A stretch of DNA of 36,236 nucleotides from a bacterium (GTDB taxonomy: Archaea > Thermoplasmatota > E2 > JACPAO01 > JAHFTW01): the NCBI GenBank assembly GCA_040390065.1, contig JAZJZE010000021.1, positions 1 through 36,236 on the forward strand, given 5' to 3'. The notes beneath the pieces were generated by a model. It did no database searches, was not told the DNA's origin, and saw only the letters and a program-made list of their open reading frames with translations. Shown piece after piece: positions 26,614 to 33,371 of the stretch (positions are counted from its first letter, which is position 1; every line of letters starts with the position of its first letter). The translations under genes were made by a program, and so were the position numbers.

Positions 26614-26706
26614 GTCAATCGGCGAAATCTGCTCCCAGTCCGTGCCATTGCAAGACGTGCAAAGGCTCACCAGGACGATACCTGGCGTTTCAGCGAAATC
26701 TGCGGA
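26614..26706 (-). repeat. 93-bp dispersed intergenic repeat, copy C
   Basis: Ungapped hand alignment gives 81/93 identity to copy A and 76/93 to copy B. Confidence 0.92.
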
Positions 26707-26782
26707 CTGCCTGCTCAGCCAGCCCGGCCCACCACCAATTCGACCCGAACCCCTAAAACCACGGCCTGGCGTCCCAAGTCCG

Positions 26783-26962
26783 ATGACCCTGACCATGGCG
26801 ACCGTCCCGAAGGCCGTGAAGGCGCTGCCGGCGGAGGCCCAGAAGATCTTCCTCGACGTCTACAATGCCGACTTCGGTTGGCGCTGCAGCGAGGGCCACG
26901 CAGAGAAGGCCGCTTGGACCGCCGTCACGGCTCGCTGGCCCGAACACGCGCCCAAGGAGTAA
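26783..26962 (+). CDS. chaB: ChaB family protein
   Basis: LPAEAQKIFLDVYNA...AEKAAWTAV matches the ChaB pattern LP..AQ.I....FN.A...A...AW.AV. AACCCTAAAA box lies about 27 nt upstream. Confidence 0.75.
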   Translation: MTLTMATVPKAVKALPAEAQKIFLDVYNADFGWRCSEGHAEKAAWTAVTARWPEHAPKE

Positions 26963-26967
26963 GCCGC

Positions 26968-27501
26968 GTGGCCGCGGACCTTCGCCCGAAGGTCGCGTAT
27001 GTCCTGCCGGATTCACTGCGTGGCGAACTTGGCCGCGCGTGGGGCCCGATCGTGCAGACCGATGGATTGCCTGCCGCCGTGGCGGGGGCCGATGTCGTCG
27101 TGGCCGTCGGCGACGTCGTGAGCCTGGCGCTCAAGAAACTGGACATCGAGCCGCGCGTCTTCATCTGCGATTTCCAGACCCAGCGCGGCGAGCCCGACCC
27201 CGTGTACGAGGTCGAACTCGGTTCTTGGGGCGACTTCGCGTTCCGCGTGCGCAATCCGGCAGCGCGCATCACGCGGGAGGCGTGGGACGCCATCCGTTTG
27301 GCGCTTGCCGCACAGGACGGGCCGGTCCGCATCGTCGTCGAGGGCGAGGAGGACTTGCTTGGCATTCCATGTTTCTTGGAGTGCCCGCTTGGCGCGAAGG
27401 TGCTGTACGGCATGCCCGGCAAGGGCGTCGTCGTCGTGGACGTGACGGCGGCGTTCCAAGAGAAGGTCAAGGCGTTGCTGGCGCGGTTCGAGAGGGCGTG
27501 A
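26968..27501 (+). CDS. GTP-dependent dephospho-CoA kinase family protein (DUF359)
   Basis: VAVGDVVS, D.QTQR, VRNPAARIT, VEGEEDLL and VLYGMPGKGVV; usual neighbour of rpoE1/spt4. Confidence 0.9.
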   Translation: MAADLRPKVAYVLPDSLRGELGRAWGPIVQTDGLPAAVAGADVVVAVGDVVSLALKKLDIEPRVFICDFQTQRGEPDPVYEVELGSWGDFAFRVRNPAARITREAWDAIRLALAAQDGPVRIVVEGEEDLLGIPCFLECPLGAKVLYGMPGKGVVVVDVTAAFQEKVKALLARFERA

Positions 27502-27502
27502 C

Positions 27503-28381
27503 TCACGGGTACGGGTCGATCGGCTCCTTGCATTGGTCGTCGTTGAAGCGGTACATGTGGCCTTCGACTTCGGTGTCGTCGGTGAAGCCGTCGAAGCCGC
27601 CGCGGTTGCCAACGTAGGGGTCGCCGAGTTTGGCGTTCAGCATGGGGGGACGCATGTGGCCGGTTGCGGGCGTAAAAACGGGCCACGCCAAATCGCCGGA
27701 TTCATGCCAATCCAAGAGCGTCACGCGGCCTTCCTTTGCCCAGGCGAGGCGGTGCTTCACGTCGTCGGTCGTATTCTGGAGTCGCAGTGCCGTGATACTG
27801 ACCTCGGATTGCTCGCCACCATCTGGTTGCCACACCAGGTGGACGGTATCACCGTAGGTCACGGTCATGCTCGCATGGCGTGCCGGCAAGGATAGATTCG
27901 ACGCCATGTAGGCGACCACTTGCGGATCGTCCACGTAGATTGCGTTCAGGCTCGCGAAGAAAAACCAGTCACCGAGCTTGCATTGCTCGGGGACCGTTTG
28001 GTTGGTGTGACCTTCAAGGATGAAGCGCAAGGGCCGCTCGAACGGCCCCCAGTTGAATCTCTGGCAATCGAAAAACTGGATTCCCGACTCGCTCCCGGTC
28101 CCGCCCGTCCCGCCCCAACTTGCAAGGGGATGGGCCGGGCTGGTGGACCCTTCCCAACTCACGGACGTGACCAGCATGCGGCACTGATTCCAAGTCGTGA
28201 ACTGCACGTCCATCTCTGGGGCCGGCGGAGCAACGGGGCCCGGCTGGGTTGCGTTGGAAGCGTTCGAGGTCGGGGATGCCGGATGGGTCGATGTCGGTCC
28301 AGGCCCGCCAGGAGCAGTACATCCTGCTGCCAGAAGTGCGGCCGCAAGCAACAGGCTGGCCAGGACGTTACGCTGCGTCAT
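27503..28381 (-). CDS. Hypothetical lipoprotein (~292 aa)
   Basis: Lipobox MTQRNVLASLLLAAALLAAG-C, a P/T/S linker and a Trp/Cys-containing globular domain. Codon usage is less GC-biased than the neighbours. Confidence 0.8.
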   Translation of the reverse strand: MTQRNVLASLLLAAALLAAGCTAPGGPGPTSTHPASPTSNASNATQPGPVAPPAPEMDVQFTTWNQCRMLVTSVSWEGSTSPAHPLASWGGTGGTGSESGIQFFDCQRFNWGPFERPLRFILEGHTNQTVPEQCKLGDWFFFASLNAIYVDDPQVVAYMASNLSLPARHASMTVTYGDTVHLVWQPDGGEQSEVSITALRLQNTTDDVKHRLAWAKEGRVTLLDWHESGDLAWPVFTPATGHMRPPMLNAKLGDPYVGNRGGFDGFTDDTEVEGHMYRFNDDQCKEPIDPYP

Positions 28382-28386
28382 GTCGT

Positions 28387-28914
28387 CTAACACCTCGTCC
28401 CGTCAACGTCTTGTGTCACGCCAAACGCGTACTCGCCGGGCCCGGGAAATCCTGAAACTTCAGGATCCTTGTCATGCGGCCCTCGTGTCGGCAGATGGAT
28501 TAGGAAGGGGTATCCCATGGCGCGCCGGCCCGTCGTGATACCCACCGGGTAGGTCGGCGTCAGCCCAGGTAGGGGCGGGCCGCCGGAATCGAAGTCGATG
28601 CATACGTAGCCGCTCAGTGGCTGGCATCTGGCGACATCCCCGGTCGGGTCACTCGGTGGGTCGGGCAGCCGTGCGCGCCAGTCATTCACGACCCCCACGA
28701 GGCATTTCCACGTCGTTGCGGCGTCGCCCGTCAGGCCGCAGACGTTTCCAGGCGGTGAGGCTGGCGGCGTGCATGCCGTCTCGTTGAGCGCGTTGACGGC
28801 CGCGGTGACGACGTCCACGACGGTCTCGTCAATCGTCTCCGGGCCGTCTGCGACTGCGCTCGGGAGGACCAAAAAGAACATGGTGGCGGTTGCGGCGAGT
28901 CTGCTTGCGTTCAT
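28387..28914 (-). CDS. Secreted Pro/Cys-rich hypothetical protein (~175 aa)
   Basis: Signal peptide MNASRLAATATMFFLVLPSAVA-D. Six Cys, the last being the C-terminal residue. Confidence 0.62.
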   Translation of the reverse strand: MNASRLAATATMFFLVLPSAVADGPETIDETVVDVVTAAVNALNETACTPPASPPGNVCGLTGDAATTWKCLVGVVNDWRARLPDPPSDPTGDVARCQPLSGYVCIDFDSGGPPLPGLTPTYPVGITTGRRAMGYPFLIHLPTRGPHDKDPEVSGFPGPGEYAFGVTQDVDGTRC

Positions 28915-29077
28915 GGGTGCCCAACAGGTCCAGTGCCGTCGCCTACTTAGGTGGCGTCGGACACCCGTTGGTGTCGACCCGGCCAACAGGAGGCAACTGC
29001 CGAAGCCGACTTGCCCTGCAGCTACATGAATCCGACGGGTCGTTTCCTTTCCGCCAATAATGATTTGCGGAAAATCG

Positions 29078-29686
29078 CTACGTTGGCTCGTCGTGGCTTG
29101 GGGCCGCCGGCTCGTCCGGCAGGTACATGCCCTGCGCCTTCACGACTTCGCCTGACGTCGAGCACTTGGCGTAATCCTCCAATGGCAACTTGTTCAACTC
29201 GAGGAACTGGTCGCCGAAGACGACTGCGGACAAGACGTCGCGGGCCAGGCGCTGCTCGCCGACAATCCACAACGCGGCGCCAATCGCTTCCGCGGTCGAC
29301 AGCACGAACGGTTTGCCGTAGTTGACTGGGTTCGCGGCGACGAGGTACGGCAAGGCGCGGCTGCGGGTCTTGCCCAAGAGGACGGGGAATGCCTCTTCGG
29401 CTTGTGCCCACGAGCAGTCGAGCGCAAGAAGCCCGTGGCGCCGCATGTCCTCGAGGTCTTCGCGGCTGAGGGCTTTCTTGGCAAACGGGTTGAGGAGGAC
29501 CGCGTGCTTGGGGCACTTGTCGAGCTTGTCGATGAGGCGGACCTTGCCAGCTTTTGCCATCCGCAGCGCGGTGTTCTTGCGCGGGTCGTCCTGGCTCAGG
29601 TGGTACACGACGACGTCGACGGTGCCCTTCATGCCGGACGCACTGCGGTGCGGCGCACTTCCGTCGATGTTCTCGCGTCGCGTCAT
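29078..29686 (-). CDS. tsr3: 16S rRNA aminocarboxypropyltransferase Tsr3
   Basis: QDDPRKNTA, LLNPFA, LDCSW and RALPYLVAANPVNYGKP..LSTAEA. Confidence 0.95.
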   Translation of the reverse strand: MTRRENIDGSAPHRSASGMKGTVDVVVYHLSQDDPRKNTALRMAKAGKVRLIDKLDKCPKHAVLLNPFAKKALSREDLEDMRRHGLLALDCSWAQAEEAFPVLLGKTRSRALPYLVAANPVNYGKPFVLSTAEAIGAALWIVGEQRLARDVLSAVVFGDQFLELNKLPLEDYAKCSTSGEVVKAQGMYLPDEPAAPSHDEPT

Positions 29687-30897
29687 GCCGACTCCTTGGG
29701 GATGCGCAGGGCGACCTTGAGGAAAAAGGGCACGAGCCGCGGTTGCGCCCGCAACAGGGGCAGGACGAGGCGGCTCGGATAGTCGATGTCCCCGACTTTC
29801 TCGATGACTGCCTTGGCCTTCGGCGTCGACAGCAGACGCGCCAGCCGGTTGAAGTCGGCGTCGGTGAAGCGCTTGTACATGGCGCGAAGGGCCCGGCCTT
29901 TGCGAAGTTCGCGGCCCAGGACGCGGCGCACCTTGCGCTCGTACGGCAGGAGGCTGCCGCGGTCGAGGCGGTCCGTCCGCAGCGCCACATCTGCGACGGG
30001 CGCCAGGAACTCCGAGGCAAGAAGACCGTAGTAGATGCCGCCGCCCGACGTGGGCTTCGCCATTCCCGCCGCGTCCCCGACCAGCATCACGCGGTCGTCG
30101 ACGAGGCGGCTACGCAGGCCCAGCGGGATTCCGCCAATGATGAGGTAGCTCGGCGTCGCTCCCGCAAGAAACGGCGCGGATTGCGGGTCCGTGAACATGC
30201 GTTCGTAGTACTTCTTGGCCGATTCCGTGTTCATGCCCGGTGCCACCGCGAGGCCGGCGCGGGCCCGGTCGCCGCCGACGGGGATGATCCAGGAGAAGAA
30301 TCCAGGTGCCTGCGCCGCGCCGGCGAACATCGGAATCAGGTGCGGCTTGTCCGCGGGGATGTGTACGCCGCAGAGTTCGGCCTCGTAGCAACTCACGATC
30401 TCCTCGACTGCAGGGAAATCGAACCAGCGCGCTACGCTGCCGCGGATGCCATCGGCGCCGACGAGGAGGCGGCATCGGCTCGTCGCCTGCCCCGTGGGCG
30501 TCAAGAACGAGACGCTCACGCCGGATGCGTCGCGCTTTGCGGCAACGGCCTTCGTCGCGACGGCGAGCTCCACGCCAGCGGCGACGGCGGCCGCTGCCAT
30601 CTTCTGGTCGAAGCGCGCGCGGTCCATGGCTTGCGCGTGCGGCTTTCCAGCGTCGAACTCCACGAAGGTGCCGTCGGGCGCGTAGACGCGGGCGCCCGTG
30701 AGGTCGTTCTGCCACAAGTCGCCGATGGGGAACGGCGTATGGTCGAAGGTCCGCGGCGTCACGAGGCCCGCGCATTGCACCGGGATGCCGACTTGCGGGT
30801 GCTCTTCGCAGAGCAGGACGGACCACCCGCGCAAGGCGAGAAGGCGCGCGACATTCGAGCCTGTCGGCCCTGCGCCGACCACGATGGCGTCGTACAA
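29683..30897 (-). CDS. Geranylgeranyl reductase family (digeranylgeranylglycerophospholipid reductase-like)
   Basis: YDAIVVGAGPTGS, GIPVQCAG, DRARFD, VGADGIRG, PGFFSWIIP and VGDAAGMAKPTSGGGI. Confidence 0.92.
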   Translation of the reverse strand: MYDAIVVGAGPTGSNVARLLALRGWSVLLCEEHPQVGIPVQCAGLVTPRTFDHTPFPIGDLWQNDLTGARVYAPDGTFVEFDAGKPHAQAMDRARFDQKMAAAAVAAGVELAVATKAVAAKRDASGVSVSFLTPTGQATSRCRLLVGADGIRGSVARWFDFPAVEEIVSCYEAELCGVHIPADKPHLIPMFAGAAQAPGFFSWIIPVGGDRARAGLAVAPGMNTESAKKYYERMFTDPQSAPFLAGATPSYLIIGGIPLGLRSRLVDDRVMLVGDAAGMAKPTSGGGIYYGLLASEFLAPVADVALRTDRLDRGSLLPYERKVRRVLGRELRKGRALRAMYKRFTDADFNRLARLLSTPKAKAVIEKVGDIDYPSRLVLPLLRAQPRLVPFFLKVALRIPKESA

Positions 30898-30948
30898 CGG
30901 CTTCAGGCGGAGTCCTCCTGCACGACAAGGCCAGTGGTGCCGGGTTCT

Positions 30949-31806
30949 TCAACGCGAGCGAGGCGGACGGGTCGGACTCAGGGCTGGGCTCGCAGCCGCC
31001 TGGGGAATCCGTTGCCTCGGCAACTTGGCCGCGAATCCCTGGACCTGGCTTGCAAGCCCCTCGACTTCCTCGAGGCGCAGGCGGCCCGTGATTTCACGCA
31101 CGAGCCACGGTCCCCGCCACTGCCATGTTCCGTCGGTCCCGATGGCAAGCAAGTGCTGCATCATTGCCGGCGTCAGCACGTCGTAGGCGAAGCGGCGGTC
31201 GTCGCACTTGACCCAGAACGCGCGGGAGAATTCGTCGGACTCCGTGTCGATGTCCTCGCCGCCCAAGGCGTCGAAGATCTTCTTGCCGACCGTTTCCCGC
31301 GACATGGTCAGGTTGTGGCCGTCGATGGGCATGCGGCTTGCTACCACCGTGTTGTAGTACGTCGTTTCGTGGCGGTTCTTGCCGGAGCCGGACGTGACCG
31401 TGTACTGGTACGTGAAGGTCTCGAAGTGGACGCCTGCGAGGTCGCCTTCGATGACGTCGGTGGCCCTGCGACCGTGGCCTTGGCCGAAGGGCTGGAAGCC
31501 GAGGAAGCGCGACGGTCGGTCCGACGCATCGGCCTGCGTGTACGTCCAGCCGTGGCGTGCGGCGAAGTCCTGCCACACGAGGGTGCGGGCCGCGGCAGCC
31601 TTGAAGGCGACGACGATGGCCGCCACGAGGAGGCCGATGAAGCCGAGGCCCGCGACGATGGCAAGAGGCCAGAGCCGTGTGAGGAGGGATATGAGTGCGC
31701 CCACGAAGGCGACCGCCGCCCCGCCGCCCAGCAGCCCGCCGAGGAGTTGCAGCCGCTTCATGCGCTCGATGTGGGCTTCCTGCGCCGCCGGCAGGCCGGC
31801 GTCCAT
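30949..31806 (-). CDS. Membrane protein with two TM segments and a DUF3137-like soluble domain, coupled to lemA
   Basis: TGATG overlap with lemA. YQYTVTSGSGKNRHETTY and DIDTESDEFSRAFWVKCDDRRFAYDVLTP.MM. Confidence 0.75.
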   Translation of the reverse strand: MDAGLPAAQEAHIERMKRLQLLGGLLGGGAAVAFVGALISLLTRLWPLAIVAGLGFIGLLVAAIVVAFKAAAARTLVWQDFAARHGWTYTQADASDRPSRFLGFQPFGQGHGRRATDVIEGDLAGVHFETFTYQYTVTSGSGKNRHETTYYNTVVASRMPIDGHNLTMSRETVGKKIFDALGGEDIDTESDEFSRAFWVKCDDRRFAYDVLTPAMMQHLLAIGTDGTWQWRGPWLVREITGRLRLEEVEGLASQVQGFAAKLPRQRIPQAAASPALSPTRPPRSR

Positions 31807-32390
31807 CACGCCACCCGGACCGTGGGGGCGACGCGGAAGGCCGGCGAACCGACCTCGAAGAAGGCGATGTCCCGCATGCCGAACCAGCCCGCAAAGAACA
31901 CGCCTGGGAACGTGTGCGTCTGGTTGCGAAAGTCGCGCACGTTCGCGTTGTAGAAGCGCCTCGCGGCCTGGATGCGGTCCTCGGTCAACGCCAGTTCCGT
32001 CTGCAATTGCAGGAAATTCGTGTTGGCGCGCAGCGTCGGATACGCCTCCGCGACGGCCAGGAGCCGGTTCATGGCTCCGACGAGGGCGTTCTCGTTGGCC
32101 GCATGGCGCGCAGCCCCCGTCGTCGACGAGGCGATGGCTGCGGCGCGGGCCTGCACGACTTGCGTCAGGACTTCCTTCTCGTGCGCGGCGTATCCCTTCA
32201 CGGTCGCCACCAAGTTGGGGATGAGGTCGTAGCGGCGCTTCAGCTCGGTGTCGACGTTGCTCCAGGACTCGCTGCAGCGGTTGCGCAGCGTCACCATGCG
32301 GTTGTACTGGAACCACGGGATGGCGACGATGAGGATGAGGCCGAGGATGGCCAGCAGGACGATGGCGACGACTTCCACTGGGTCGTGCAT
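31806..32390 (-). CDS. lemA: LemA family protein
   Basis: YNRMVTLRN, WSNVDTELKRRYDLIPNLV, AEAYPTLRANTNF and EDRIQAARRFYN. Confidence 0.96.
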   Translation of the reverse strand: MHDPVEVVAIVLLAILGLILIVAIPWFQYNRMVTLRNRCSESWSNVDTELKRRYDLIPNLVATVKGYAAHEKEVLTQVVQARAAAIASSTTGAARHAANENALVGAMNRLLAVAEAYPTLRANTNFLQLQTELALTEDRIQAARRFYNANVRDFRNQTHTFPGVFFAGWFGMRDIAFFEVGSPAFRVAPTVRVA

Positions 32391-32461
32391 GCGGGGCCCG
32401 CGTTCAGGAACCTTTCGCCTCGCGGCGCCAGTTCTATGAACGTCGCCGCAGTGGCCAAGGC

Positions 32462-32821
32462 GTGGATTACACGCGTGAGCAGATCGTAGCAGTCGCCGGC
32501 GTCCTTGCCATCCTGCTCGGCGTCATCGTGTACAACAACCTGCGCGCCATGCGGCCGAAGGCCAAGGCAACGGCCCCGGACGTGAAGGACCCGATCATCG
32601 GCCGCTACGTGCACCACGAGGGCGCCGTCGTCGGCCAAGCCATCGCCGTGCACGGTGACCGCGTGCTCCTCAAGCAAGGCAACATCCACAAGGCCGTGCC
32701 CCGCGCCCAACTGGAGCCCGTCGGCGACGAGTTGCGTCTCATGGGAACCGTGGACTGGATGGATGCGGAGAAGGAAGGCGCCGCGCTGGCGGGAGCCAAG
32801 GCCAGCGAGCCAAACGCGTAG
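32462..32821 (+). CDS. Single-pass membrane protein with a small beta-barrel (DUF5749/PRC-barrel-like)
   Basis: N-terminal TM segment, then IGRYV..EG.VVGQAIAV.GD.VLLKQG...G.VDW.DAEKEG. Confidence 0.7.
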   Translation: MDYTREQIVAVAGVLAILLGVIVYNNLRAMRPKAKATAPDVKDPIIGRYVHHEGAVVGQAIAVHGDRVLLKQGNIHKAVPRAQLEPVGDELRLMGTVDWMDAEKEGAALAGAKASEPNA

Positions 32822-32831
32822 GAGTGCGTCC

Positions 32832-33185
32832 ATGCCGTACAAGATGGTCATCATCGCGCGCAAGGACCTCGACCTGTCCAAGGGGAAGCTCGCGGCCCAA
32901 GTGGGGCACGCCGCCGTCGAGTGCACCCTCAAGGCGCAGAAGTACTCCAAGGAAGCCTTGGCCGAGTGGTTGTCTGCGGGCGCCATGAAGGCCGTCCTCA
33001 AGGTTGCATCCGAGGGCGACTTCTATCCGCTCAAGAAGGCCGCCGAGGTCGCGGGCCTCTGCACGGCACTCATCCAGGACGCCGGCCACACCGAGATTCC
33101 GGCGGGCACCGTGACGGTCCTGGGCATTGGTCCGGGGAAAGAGTCCGTTGTCGACAAGGTGACGGGCCACCTGTCGTTGCTTTGA
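32832..33185 (+). CDS. pth2: Peptidyl-tRNA hydrolase Pth2
   Basis: KMVIIARKDLDLSKGKLAAQVGHA, IQDAGHTEI and TVLGIGPG..VDKVTGHLSLL. Confidence 0.97.
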   Translation: MPYKMVIIARKDLDLSKGKLAAQVGHAAVECTLKAQKYSKEALAEWLSAGAMKAVLKVASEGDFYPLKKAAEVAGLCTALIQDAGHTEIPAGTVTVLGIGPGKESVVDKVTGHLSLL

Positions 33186-33371
33186 CGGTGGGCCAGCGGC
33201 TCGGGCGCATGCGGCCCCGGCCGTGCGCGAAGCATCGCGACCATCTTGCCGCATCCGAAAGCCGCGGCAGGCCTCGACAATTCGGTACCCTTGCATGGCC
33301 GGCTATCAGGCCGCATCGCCTCATCCACTCGCCTGGGACGCGGCATGCGCCTTGGCCAACGGTGACTGACC

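Noticed and set aside
15850-26706. Repeats as a CRISPR array or diversity-generating retroelement TR/VR pair
   Set aside because: The copies are kilobases apart with no repeat-spacer periodicity, the differences are not adenine-specific, and there is no cas or reverse transcriptase gene in the window.
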